In this document: positions 13,229-22,654 of the stretch, piece by piece
Layout: each line of letters opens with the position of its first letter
How positions within the stretch are numbered: the first letter of the stretch is position 1
NCBI RefSeq assembly: GCF_964244045.1
Contig: NZ_CAXTHK010000004.1
Location: forward strand, 36,731 to 100,730
From: an uncultured Jatrophihabitans sp.
GTDB lineage: Bacteria > Actinomycetota > Actinomycetes > Mycobacteriales > Jatrophihabitantaceae
Length of the DNA: 64,000 nt
Direction of reading: 5' to 3'
Position numbers and translations under genes: made by a program
The notes under the pieces: generated by a model
The model's database searches: none
What the model was told of the DNA's origin: nothing
The model's input: the letters and a program-made list of their open reading frames with translations, nothing else

Positions 13229-15520
13229 CTAGGGAGCCGGAACCAGTCCCGGCGGCAGCGGTTCACCGTGGACGACGTGCAGTCGCTGGGTGGGGCGGGT
13301 CAGCGCAACGTAGAGGTCGTTCACCCCGCGCGGCGACTCGACAACGATCGCCGCCGGCTCGACGAGCACGACACCGTCGAACTCCAGGCCCTTGGCCGCA
13401 GCCACGGTGAGCACCGAGACCGGCGACTCGAGGGCATCGGTGCTGGCCGTGACCACCCCCGCGGGCAACGCGGCGCGCACCGCAGCGGCGACACCGGCGT
13501 GCGCGGCCCGCGACGTGATCACGGCCAGCGTGCCCTCGCCGGCGCGGCGGTGCTCGTCGGCCACGATGTCGGTCAATTGTGCCGACGTCGCGAGGTCGCC
13601 GTCGACGCGGGTGAACTGCGGTTCATCGCGCCCGATCCGCGCTGACGTCGGCGCCCGCACACTGGAGCCGCCGGCCGCGAGCACCGCCGCGGCGAGATCC
13701 ATCACCTGCTCGGGCGTGCGGTAGTTGACGGTCAGCTCGGCCAAGCGCCAGCGGTCACCGACGTAAGGCTCGAGAACGTCGGCCCACGCGGTGGCACCGG
13801 CCGCCGAACCCGTCTGGGCGATGTCGCCGACGATGGTGAACGAGCGCGCCGGGCACACCCGCATCAACAGGCGCCAGGCCATCGGCGACAGCTCCTGGGC
13901 CTCGTCGACGACGACGTGACCATACGTCCAGGTACGGTCGGCGCCCGCACGCTCGGCCACGCTGCCCAGCGACCAGCTGCCGCCGTAACGGTTCGCGAGC
14001 TCCTCGGCCGTGCCGAACTCGGCCCCGCCGAAGGTGTCCTGTACCTGTTCCGCGTAGGCGATCTCGGCCTTGCGGTCGGCCTCGGCACGCAGCTGCTCGG
14101 CCTCGTCGGCGGAGTCGTCCTCGCCGAGCAACTCGGCCGCCTCGTCGAGCAGGGGCACGTCGGCCGCTGTCCACGGCGCGCTGCGATCACGGTGCAGCAG
14201 CTCCCGTTCCTCCCGGGTCAGGCTGCGGCCGGCCGCCTCGCCCAGCGTGGCCGGGTTTGCGTAAAGGTCGCGCAGCAGGCGCTGCGGGGTGATCGGCATC
14301 CAGAGCAGGTTGACCTCGCGCCGCACGTCCGGGGACTCGAGCAGCTCGGCCTGCAGGGTGGCACGGTTGTCGTCGTCGACCTCGGTGCCGCGGGCCGTCG
14401 CCAGCGCTCGGGCGAGGCTGCGCAACACATGTTGGACGAACGTCTTGCGGGCGAGGTTGTGCGGCGCTCGGCTGCGGCGGGCGACCTCACGAGCTTCCCG
14501 GACGTAGCGCGGCTGCAGGCGGATCGTGGTGCCGTCGACGTCCATCGCCCGGCCGGTGCTGATCATGCGCTGACGTCGTTCGACCGCGTGCTTGAGCACG
14601 GTCGCCATCCGCAGGTCGCCCTTGACGGCGACGACCTCGGGGGCCTCGGTAGCGGTGGCGACGATGCCGGGGTACAGCTCGCCGGGGGTGGACATGACCA
14701 CGGCGTCGGCCTCGCCGAGGGCGGGCAGCACCTGGTCGATGTAGCGCAGGAACACCCGGTTCGGGCCGATGACGAGCACGCCGGAACGGGCGATGCGCTC
14801 GCGGTTGGCGTAGAGCAGGAAGGCAGCCCGGTGCAACGCGACGGCCGTCTTGCCGGTGCCCGGGCCGCCCTGCACGACCAGCACGCCGGCCAATGGCGCG
14901 CGGATCACCTCGTCCTGGTCGGCCTGGATGGTGGCCACGATGTCGCGCATCCGGCCGCTGCGCGCGGCGTCGAGGCTGGCGAACAACGCGCCTTGGCCGA
15001 CCACGACATGATTGCCCTCGACGCCCGAGGCCTCGAAGCCCTCGAGGTCGAGCACCTCGTCCTGGACGTCGGTGACCCGGCGCTTGGAGATGCTGATCTG
15101 CCGTCGCCGCAGTACGCCCTCGGGCCGGGCCGCAGTGGCCTGGTAGAACGGCTCCGCCGCAGGCGCCCGCCAGTCGACGAGCAGCTCGTGTCGCGCCTCG
15201 TCGGACATCCCGATGCGCCCGACGTAGCGGCGCTGCCCAGTGGCCAGGTCCAACCGCCCGAAGCACAGCCGGTTCTCGACGTCGATCAGCGTGCGGACGC
15301 GCTGGCCGTACAGGCGCATGAACGCGTCGCGTTCGCTGCGCGCGCCAGGCGTGCCGACCGTGGCGCTCCGCGCGGTGCGGTCCAGAGCGAGCCGGGCCTG
15401 CTCGCGCAGCTCGTCGAGCTGGACGTAGAGCCGGTCGACGTACTCGGCCTCGGCCGCGATCTCACGAGCGCGCAGCGACTCCCCTGCCGACTCCCCCGCC
15501 CGGGTCGAATCGTCAGGCAC
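13229..15520 (-). CDS. helD: HelD-family RNA polymerase recycling helicase-like ATPase
   Basis: FGRLD, DWRAPAAEPFY, DIVATIQADQDEVIR, QGGPGTGKTAVALHRAA, VVDEAQE, KGLEFD, YVALTR. Confidence 0.88.
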   Translation of the reverse strand: MPDDSTRAGESAGESLRAREIAAEAEYVDRLYVQLDELREQARLALDRTARSATVGTPGARSERDAFMRLYGQRVRTLIDVENRLCFGRLDLATGQRRYVGRIGMSDEARHELLVDWRAPAAEPFYQATAARPEGVLRRRQISISKRRVTDVQDEVLDLEGFEASGVEGNHVVVGQGALFASLDAARSGRMRDIVATIQADQDEVIRAPLAGVLVVQGGPGTGKTAVALHRAAFLLYANRERIARSGVLVIGPNRVFLRYIDQVLPALGEADAVVMSTPGELYPGIVATATEAPEVVAVKGDLRMATVLKHAVERRQRMISTGRAMDVDGTTIRLQPRYVREAREVARRSRAPHNLARKTFVQHVLRSLARALATARGTEVDDDNRATLQAELLESPDVRREVNLLWMPITPQRLLRDLYANPATLGEAAGRSLTREERELLHRDRSAPWTAADVPLLDEAAELLGEDDSADEAEQLRAEADRKAEIAYAEQVQDTFGGAEFGTAEELANRYGGSWSLGSVAERAGADRTWTYGHVVVDEAQELSPMAWRLLMRVCPARSFTIVGDIAQTGSAAGATAWADVLEPYVGDRWRLAELTVNYRTPEQVMDLAAAVLAAGGSSVRAPTSARIGRDEPQFTRVDGDLATSAQLTDIVADEHRRAGEGTLAVITSRAAHAGVAAAVRAALPAGVVTASTDALESPVSVLTVAAAKGLEFDGVVLVEPAAIVVESPRGVNDLYVALTRPTQRLHVVHGEPLPPGLVPAP

Positions 15521-15593
15521 GCTGATTGTTGCTCCTCATGAGGGCGTCAACCCTACCGAGCGGTAGCTGCGCACCCGCAGGCACGATGGGCGG

Positions 15594-17279
15594 ATGCCCC
15601 TCGTCGACGAGCTGGCCGCTGCCGGCGTCGGTCCCGGGCGGCTGCTGGGCGTCGCAATCGCCGATGAGGTGGGCCTCGCGGCCGGCGGGCAGCGGTGGAA
15701 CGCGTCGGTCGATGACCTGGCCGGCGTCGACGCCGCACTGCACCCCCGCTGGACGTGGTGGGGTCGGTCGACCGCTGTGGTGGGACTGCGCCTCAGCGCC
15801 TGCTGGGACGTCGCGGCGGTGCACCGGCTCCTCGTCGGCGGGGTGGCCGACGAGCCCGCTCTTGTCTGGGCCACGACGTTCGGGCTAGCCCTGGACGGAT
15901 TGCCGGCCGACGGTCAGCTCGATTTCGTCAACGCCGGTACTGCCGACGGCGACGAGGACGACCCCGTGCGCCCCGACGGGTACGTGCGCCCCGACTGGGT
16001 CGGCGACGGGTGGCACCGCGACGTCGACCGGCCGGCGCGCTGGGCCGAGGTGGCGGTGCGCTGCGCGGAGCGCCAGCGCGCACAGCTCGACGCCCTGGAC
16101 GCCGGCGGCGACCCCGTGCTGACGGCGTGGTCGGAGTCCGCTGCCGAGCTGCTGTGCGCCGAGTTGGAGGTCGAGGGGCTCCCCATCGACGTCGACGTCG
16201 CGGACGAGTTGATCACTGCGATCGCCGGGCCGCGCCCGCGCGACGAGGCCGACGCGACCCGACTGCGCGCAGAGCGCGATCGACGGGTCACGCAGTGGGC
16301 CCGCGACGTCGACCTGCGCAACCCGGGCGAGGTCCGCGAGCTGCTTGCCCGCATCGGGGTGGACGTGCCGGACACCCGCTCGTGGCGCCTGGAACCGCTG
16401 CGCGACTCACATCCGCTCGTCGCCGCACTGCTCGACTGGCGCAAGGCCGAGCGCGTTGCCACCACCTACGGGCACAGCTGGCTCGCGGCGCACGTGCGCG
16501 ACGGCCGCCTGCGCGGGCGGTGGAGCGGCAGTGACGGCGCCGCCGGTCGGATGACCGCGCAGGCCGGCCTGCACAACCTGCCCGCCGAGCTGCGGCCGGC
16601 CGTCGTGGCCGAACCCGGCCACGCGTTCGTGCGCGCCGACCTCGGACAGATCGAACCCCGGGTGCTGGCCGTCGTGTCGGGGGACGCCGAGCTGGCCCGC
16701 GCAGGCGCGGCCGACGACCTGTACGCGCCCGTCGCGCAGCGGCTCGGCGTCGAACGGTCGGTGGCCAAGGTGGCCGTGCTGGCCGCCATGTACGGGCAGA
16801 CGTCGGGCACGGCCGGCGAAGCGCTGCGCGGACTGCACCGCGGCTACCCGGTGGCGATGCGCTACCTCGACGATGCCTACGAACGGGGCCGGGCCGGTCG
16901 CGACGTGCGGACGCACGGCGGGCGCTTGGTGCGGATGCCCGCCCTCGGAACAGGCCTGGACGAGTCAGGCGTACGCGCCGCGCAGGGTGGCCGTGGCCGT
17001 TATGCGCGCAACGCCCTCGTCCAGGGTGCCGCGGCGGAATTCTTCAAGATGTGGGCGGTCACAGTGCGAGCCCGGCTGGCCCCACTCGACGCACGCATCG
17101 TGCTGTGCCTGCACGACGAATTACTCGTCCACGTCGCCACTGCCGACGCCGACGAGGCGGCCGCACTGCTTCGTTCGTGTCTTGACGAGACCGCGCAGCG
17201 GTGGCAACGCGAACGCACAGCCGTGCGTTTCGTGGCTGACATCTCGACCATTCAGCGGTGGTCGCAGGCCAAGGCATAA
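15594..17279 (+). CDS. Short family-A DNA polymerase (actinobacterial 3'-5' exonuclease/DNA polymerase type)
   Basis: Pol A motifs A (DLGQIEPRVLA), B (RSVAKVAVLAAMYG) and C (LHDELL); no 5' nuclease domain; 561 aa. Confidence 0.87.
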   Translation: MPLVDELAAAGVGPGRLLGVAIADEVGLAAGGQRWNASVDDLAGVDAALHPRWTWWGRSTAVVGLRLSACWDVAAVHRLLVGGVADEPALVWATTFGLALDGLPADGQLDFVNAGTADGDEDDPVRPDGYVRPDWVGDGWHRDVDRPARWAEVAVRCAERQRAQLDALDAGGDPVLTAWSESAAELLCAELEVEGLPIDVDVADELITAIAGPRPRDEADATRLRAERDRRVTQWARDVDLRNPGEVRELLARIGVDVPDTRSWRLEPLRDSHPLVAALLDWRKAERVATTYGHSWLAAHVRDGRLRGRWSGSDGAAGRMTAQAGLHNLPAELRPAVVAEPGHAFVRADLGQIEPRVLAVVSGDAELARAGAADDLYAPVAQRLGVERSVAKVAVLAAMYGQTSGTAGEALRGLHRGYPVAMRYLDDAYERGRAGRDVRTHGGRLVRMPALGTGLDESGVRAAQGGRGRYARNALVQGAAAEFFKMWAVTVRARLAPLDARIVLCLHDELLVHVATADADEAAALLRSCLDETAQRWQRERTAVRFVADISTIQRWSQAKA

Positions 17280-17298
17280 CTCTTGGAGTAGCTGTAAT

Positions 17299-17628
17299 TC
17301 AGTGTGCGGCCGCGAAAGCGTCAGAGATTTCCTGGCTGATCCGGCCACGGTCCGAGACCTCGAAACCGTTGTCCCTCGCCCAGGCGCGGATTGCAGGCAA
17401 ATTCTGGCGACGCGACGCCGCGCCGGACGAGGCCCGCCGGCGGGGGGCGCGAGCCCTTCTTGCGTGCTCGACGTAAGGCTTCAACGCCTTCTCGAGCGCC
17501 GTCTTGTTCTTCTTGCTCAGGTCGATTTCGTAGTTGGTTCCCTCGAAGCTGAACGACACGGTCCCCGCCGCGGAACCTCCGTCGATGTCGTCGATGAACT
17601 CGGTTGTCGTAACTATTTTCTTGGCCAT
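17299..17628 (-). CDS. lsr2: Lsr2 nucleoid-associated protein (paralog)
   Basis: DDIDG, VSFSFEGTNYEIDLS, IRAWARDNGFEVSDRGRI (RGR AT-hook). Confidence 0.93.
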   Translation of the reverse strand: MAKKIVTTTEFIDDIDGGSAAGTVSFSFEGTNYEIDLSKKNKTALEKALKPYVEHARRARAPRRRASSGAASRRQNLPAIRAWARDNGFEVSDRGRISQEISDAFAAAH

Positions 17629-17737
17629 ACCCAGAATAGTGTCGAGCGACGGTTTGAAAAGTCAAACCCGACGCGCGCGCTGGGTTGAAAAACAATACCC
17701 CAGCCGCGCTTCTCATAGGTGACCTGAAAGGAGTTTC

Positions 17738-18954
17738 GTGCGGACCGAAGAAGCTTTGGTCGAGGAGACGTGGGCCGCAGTGGCCGGCGACGCTGCGCGC
17801 CCCGACGTGACCGTGAGTGGTGCGCGCGACATCCTGCCCGCGACGCTGCCCACCGGCGCGGCCGCCACCGCAGCAGTGGTGACGGCACTGGCGGCGGCCG
17901 CGGCCCTGACGAACGGTCGCGCCGCCTTCGCCACCGATCGCGGGCACATCTCGGACGCTGTGCGCAGTGAACGGGTTGTTCGGACCGACGGTCAATCGAC
18001 TGGCGCCACGTTCGCGCCGCTGTCGCGGTTCTGGCGAACAGCAGACGGGTTCATGCGCACCCACGCCAATTACCCGTGGCATCGGGACGCCTTGTTGCGA
18101 GCCCTCGACCTGTCCATCGAGGCTCGCGTCGACGCGGTAGCAAGCGAGATCGGCCAACGCGTCGCCATCGACATCGAGGAACGGGTGTTCGCCGAAGGCG
18201 GCATTGCCGCGCGGGTACGCGAGGAACGCGAATGGCAACAGCACCCACAGGGCGCGGCGGTGTGCGCCGAACCGCTTGTCGGACACGCCATTGTCGGCCC
18301 TGCCGGATCGAGAATGCGGTCACACGTCGGGATGCCGGCCGACGGTATCCGCGTGCTCGATCTCACGCGCGTGATTGCCGGCCCGGTGTGCACTCGCTTC
18401 CTGGGCGCACTCGGGGCAGACGTACTTCGCATCGATCCGCCCGACCACCACGACATACCACCAGGTATGTTCGCAGACACTCTGCTGGGAAAGCGCAGCG
18501 CCGTTCTCGACCTCACCCGGTATACCGACCGGTTGCATGCCCTGCTCGACCACGCCGACGTGTTGGTCTGCGGTTACCGGCCCGGCGCGCTCGACCGTTT
18601 CGGGCTCACCGACGAGGATCTCGCCGAACGACACCCCGGGGCGCTGCCAACTGCTCGACCACGGCACCGGCTACCTGGCCGCCGCGGCCGTCCTGGACGG
18701 CCTGCGCCGCCAGGACGCCGAGGGTGGCACGGTCGTGCGTCGCCTCTCGCTGGCGCGCACCGCCGCCTGGCTGCTGGCCGCGCCCCCGGGACCCCGCGGC
18801 TGTGCCGGCGCCGGTCGCGGCAGCAGGCGAGGCCTGGACGGTGCGCGTCGGCCCGGTGACCGCGGTGGCCCCACCCGGCAGCGTCGACGGGCAGCCGTTG
18901 CGCTGGTCCGCGCCGCCGGCCCGCTTCCTCGCCGACGATCCGATCTGGACCTAA
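17738..18954 (+). pseudogene. CaiB/BaiF CoA-transferase, internally deleted and frameshifted
   Basis: RVLDLTRVIAGP and ADV...YRPGALDRFGL in frame 1; QLLDHGTGYLAAAA in a second frame directly after HPG; C-terminus in a third frame. Confidence 0.8.
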
Positions 18955-18964
18955 CCGCGCGGGA

Positions 18965-19786
18965 TCACGGGGCGGCGAAGCCGGCGATCAACGCAGCCAT
19001 CCGCTCGGGCAGCTCGACGAGCGGCGAATGCCCGCTCTCTGCGAGGATCTCGACCCGCGCACCGGCCGCGCGGTACCGCGGTGCCGAACGCGCTCCGTAG
19101 AAGTGGTCGCGTTCCCCCAGGATGACGAGCGTCGCCTTGCCGCTGTCGCGCACCTGGGCGTCGAGCGGGCGGCGCGCCATCCGCGCGCGCCGCTTGGTCA
19201 GCACGACCCGGAACATGCCCGGTGTCAGCGCGCGGAAGTCAGCAACAGCCTGCGCCGCGAGCTGGCGTTGGGTCGGCCGGACCCGACCCACGACAGCGCT
19301 CAATCCCATCGCCAGCGGCACCGCGGACCGGTACATCGCCGCGCCGAGGACGGGCAGCGTCATCAACCGGTTGCCGCGCGGCAGGACCGCGTCGGAGTAG
19401 TCCGGGGCCTGAGTGACGATCACCAGTCCGGTGACCCGGTCGTCGTTCTCGGCCAGCTCGACGGCGACGTCGGCGCCGAAGGAATGACCGACCGCGACCG
19501 CGTCGTGCACGTCGAGCTGCTCGAGCACCGCGGCGACGGCCTGCGCCTGGACGGGCGCGTCGGCTGCTGCCCCGCCGGTCGAGCCGTGCCCCAGCAGGTC
19601 GACCCGGACGAGCCGGAAGGTGTCGGCCAGCAGGGGCACGACCAGGTCGTACCAGTGCAGCGACCCGCTGAACCCGTGCAGCAGGACCAGCACCCGCCCG
19701 TCGGCAGGCCCGTCCTCGCGCACGTGCACCAGACCCGCATATCCCGGAGTCTCGACGGTGAGCAGGGAGCCGCTGGGTGTTCGCAC
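18965..19786 (-). CDS. Alpha/beta hydrolase
   Basis: LLHGFSGS, VDLLGHG, GHSFG nucleophile elbow, SGHSP. Confidence 0.87.
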   Translation of the reverse strand: MRTPSGSLLTVETPGYAGLVHVREDGPADGRVLVLLHGFSGSLHWYDLVVPLLADTFRLVRVDLLGHGSTGGAAADAPVQAQAVAAVLEQLDVHDAVAVGHSFGADVAVELAENDDRVTGLVIVTQAPDYSDAVLPRGNRLMTLPVLGAAMYRSAVPLAMGLSAVVGRVRPTQRQLAAQAVADFRALTPGMFRVVLTKRRARMARRPLDAQVRDSGKATLVILGERDHFYGARSAPRYRAAGARVEILAESGHSPLVELPERMAALIAGFAAP

Positions 19787-19796
19787 CCTCCCATTG

Positions 19797-20029
19797 TGTG
19801 ACCCGCGGGCTACCGTCGAGGAAATGGTCAGGGCTTCGGCGGCCCACTGCCCGAAACCGGCGCCGACCCGGTCGCCATCGTGGAGCTGGCGAGCGAGGCC
19901 GAACCGAGGTTGCTGGCAAGTCAATCCGGCCGCCGGGTGTCGGTAAGCAATTGGATGACCAGCGCCGAGAACGTCCACCGCACCATCGATGCCGTCCGTC
20001 GAACAGTCAGTCACTCAGTCAGTCGATGA
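19797..20029 (+). pseudogene. Remnant of a PLP-dependent decarboxylase (N- and C-termini fused by large deletion)
   Basis: Manual translation FGGPLPETGADPVAIVELASEAEPRLLASQSGR joined in frame to RVSVSNWMTSAENVHRTIDAVRR, which resemble the two ends of actinobacterial group II decarboxylases (from memory). Confidence 0.6.
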
Positions 20030-20771
20030 TGACGTCAGCGATGACCGGCCAGTGATCGCTGGGTAGCCGGCCGCGGGGCCGGTCGTGCCCGATCCACGCC
20101 GACGCTGCGTGCACGCCGGGGCCGGTGAGGACGTAGTCGATGCGTTTGCGGTCGTGGGCGCCGGTGAACGCGTGCTCGGTGCCGCCGGCGTCGACGGGCA
20201 GCGTGTCGGTCCACCCCGCCGCGTGCAGCGCCTGCAGCGGCGCCGATGTCGGCACCGCGTTGAGGTCGCCGGTGATCACCCATGGACGGTCGTTCTCGGC
20301 TGCCAGCCACCCGGCGAGCAGGAGCGCACTCTCGCGGCGGGACTTGGGGCCGCGATGGTCGAAGTGCGTGTTGGCCACCCCGAGCACAGTGGCCTCGTGC
20401 CGCAGCCGCGCCAACGTCACGACGCGTGGGTGGCTCGCATCCCACCCGATCGAAGCGGCGACATCGGGGGTCTCGGACAACCAGCGGGTCTCGCTGGACT
20501 CGACGACCCAGCCATCGGGGGCCACGAGCACCGCGGCGCGCTCTCCCCCGCCGTCGGCGTCGCGTCCGTCACCGGCAACCGTCCAGGTGCTGAAGGCGCG
20601 GCGGACACCGCGCAACTGCCCCGGCCGGACCTCCTGCAGTCCGACGATGTCGGCGCTCACACCACGGATGGCGTCGAGGCAGGCCGGGCGCCGGAACCAC
20701 CAGCGGTTCCATCCGTCGCGTCCCGCCGAGGTGCGGATGTTGAAGCTGGCGATCCGCACCTGCACGCTCAT
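20019..20771 (-). CDS. Endonuclease/exonuclease/phosphatase family protein
   Basis: SFNIR, DIVGLQEV, NTHFD, GDLN, IDY, SDHWPV all intact. Confidence 0.9.
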   Translation of the reverse strand: MSVQVRIASFNIRTSAGRDGWNRWWFRRPACLDAIRGVSADIVGLQEVRPGQLRGVRRAFSTWTVAGDGRDADGGGERAAVLVAPDGWVVESSETRWLSETPDVAASIGWDASHPRVVTLARLRHEATVLGVANTHFDHRGPKSRRESALLLAGWLAAENDRPWVITGDLNAVPTSAPLQALHAAGWTDTLPVDAGGTEHAFTGAHDRKRIDYVLTGPGVHAASAWIGHDRPRGRLPSDHWPVIADVIID

Positions 20772-20874
20772 CCCCGCATCCTGCCCGCCACCGCCCGCCG
20801 GGTCCCGCACAGCGCCGGGGCTGTAAAGATGATCGTGGCGCTCCGCTGGAACGCCTCTCGCTGGAGGTGGTTCG

Positions 20875-21882
20875 GTGCGTACTCGACTGCTGGCAACGAC
20901 GCTCGGCCTGGCCGCGGTCACGGTGCTCGCCGGCTGCTCCGGATCAAGCGGTAGATCGAAGACGTTCGCGGCGGGCACGACGCCGGCAAGCACGACAGCT
21001 GTCGCCCCGGCACCGTCCGCCGCGTCGTCGAGCGCCGCCACGCCAACCAGCGCGACGTTCCCGTCAGCGGCGGCGACACCGGCCCCGCAGTACTACGTCT
21101 CCCTCGGCGACTCCTATGCCGCCGGCTATCAGGGCATCGGACGCAACGAGGGCCGGACCACAACGAACGGCTTCGCGTACCAGGTCGTCACGAAAGCCAA
21201 GGCGAAGGGTTACGACTACCGGCTCGTCAATTTCGGGTGCGCCGGAGCGACCACGCAGACGATGCTCTCGAGCGCAGGCTGCCGGCGTGGCTTCACCGGC
21301 CCCGGCGCCCCGCAGTACTCGACTACCCAGACCGCAGCCGCAGTGGCATTCATGAAGGCGCATCGCGGGCATATCGCGCTCGTTACCGTGTCGATCGGCG
21401 GCAACGACGTCATCCCCTGCGGCGTGCGCAGCGATGCCCTCAGCTGCCTGACGACCAGCATCGGGAAGGCCCGCACCAACCTGAACTCGATCCTGCAGCA
21501 GGTGCGCGCCGCGGCCGGATCGAGCACCCGCATCGTCGGCACCACCTACCCCGACGTCCTGCTCGGCAACCTGCTGTCCAAGGACGCAAGCCTGCGCTCG
21601 CTGGCCTCGCTCTCGGTCACCGCCTTCAAGTCCCTGATCAACCCGCAGCTGCAGCAGGCCTACCAGGCGGTCGGCGGCCGCTTCGTCGACGTCACGGCAG
21701 CATTCGGCAGCTACGGTTCGCTGACACAGACCACGTCGTTGCCCCCGTACGGCAACATCCCGGTGCCGACGGCCAAGATCTGCTCGCTGACGTTCTACTG
21801 CGCGTACCAGGACATCCACCCGCGCACGCCCGGTTACGCGATCATCGCCGACCTGGTCACCGCCACCCTGCCCCGTCAGTGA
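20875..21882 (+). CDS. Secreted SGNH/GDSL hydrolase lipoprotein
   Basis: Lipobox LAGC, GDSY, IGGND, DIHP. Confidence 0.88.
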   Translation: MRTRLLATTLGLAAVTVLAGCSGSSGRSKTFAAGTTPASTTAVAPAPSAASSSAATPTSATFPSAAATPAPQYYVSLGDSYAAGYQGIGRNEGRTTTNGFAYQVVTKAKAKGYDYRLVNFGCAGATTQTMLSSAGCRRGFTGPGAPQYSTTQTAAAVAFMKAHRGHIALVTVSIGGNDVIPCGVRSDALSCLTTSIGKARTNLNSILQQVRAAAGSSTRIVGTTYPDVLLGNLLSKDASLRSLASLSVTAFKSLINPQLQQAYQAVGGRFVDVTAAFGSYGSLTQTTSLPPYGNIPVPTAKICSLTFYCAYQDIHPRTPGYAIIADLVTATLPRQ

Positions 21883-22138
21883 GCGACGCCTGCGGAGCGA
21901 ACGGGCGGCATGGCGCCTCTGGCGGCCCGAACGGAGTGAGGGCGTGAGCGACGCCTGCGGAGCGAACCGGCGACATGGCGCCTTCGGCGGCCCGAACGGA
22001 GTGAGGGCGTGAGCGACGCCTGCGGAGCGAACCGGCGGCATGGCGCCTTCGGCGGCCCGAACGGAGTGAGGGCGTGAGCGACGCCTGCGGAGCGAACCGG
22101 CGGCATGGCGCCTTCGGCGGCCCGAACGGAGTGAGGGC
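21879..22138 (+). repeat. Tandem array of four 65-bp MIRU-like units, each a 22-aa coupled mini-ORF
   Basis: Units start at 21879, 21944, 22009, 22074; GTGAGCGACGCCTGCGGAGCGAAC...CCCGAACGGAGTGAGGGC; each TGA overlaps the next GTG. Confidence 0.95.
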
Positions 22139-22205
22139 GTGACGTCCGCCTATTCACGGTTGGCGCGGGCCGGCACGCTCTCTGGCCCTGGCCGTCGACA
22201 CGGCG

Positions 22206-22634
22206 GTGGGCGCCGCGACGAACGCCGACGCCGATGCTTTTGCCGACGCGCTCGTGGACGTGCACAAGCTCGACCGCGAGCAATTACTGGTCCTGCTCGG
22301 CACCGCTACCCAGGAGCTACTGGAGCGCGCCGCCCCGGACGGCCTGGACGCCGAGGAGGCCGAACGCATCCTGCGCGGCTGCCTGCACGCGGCAGCGCCC
22401 TGGTACGACGCGCTCGACGGCACCGCCCTGCTGCACGCATTCACCGCCGGCGTGGGTGTCGGCGAACCCGACGACGGTGACGACGCCGTCGCGCGGCCGT
22501 CGCCCGACGCGGTCCTGGCGCACGGCCTGCTGCTGGTCGCGTACCTGAGTTCGACGACCGAGACCCCCCTGCCCGAGGTGCTCGACCACGCGTTGGGCGA
22601 GCTGCGGCGCGCCCAGACGATCGAGATGCCGTAG
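22206..22634 (+). CDS. Hypothetical protein (true start possibly GTG 22139 with a frameshift)
   Basis: 142-aa ORF with coding-like composition; the frame is open from 22143 without a start codon. Confidence 0.7.
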   Translation: MGAATNADADAFADALVDVHKLDREQLLVLLGTATQELLERAAPDGLDAEEAERILRGCLHAAAPWYDALDGTALLHAFTAGVGVGEPDDGDDAVARPSPDAVLAHGLLLVAYLSSTTETPLPEVLDHALGELRRAQTIEMP

Positions 22635-22654
22635 TCGAGCAGTAGTTTGCTTCT

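Noticed and set aside
15521-15593. Rifamycin-associated element upstream of helD (HelR)
   Set aside because: I could not recognise the RAE inverted repeat in the spacer
21879-22138. CRISPR array
   Set aside because: Units are contiguous near-identical 65-mers with no unique spacers, and there are no cas genes
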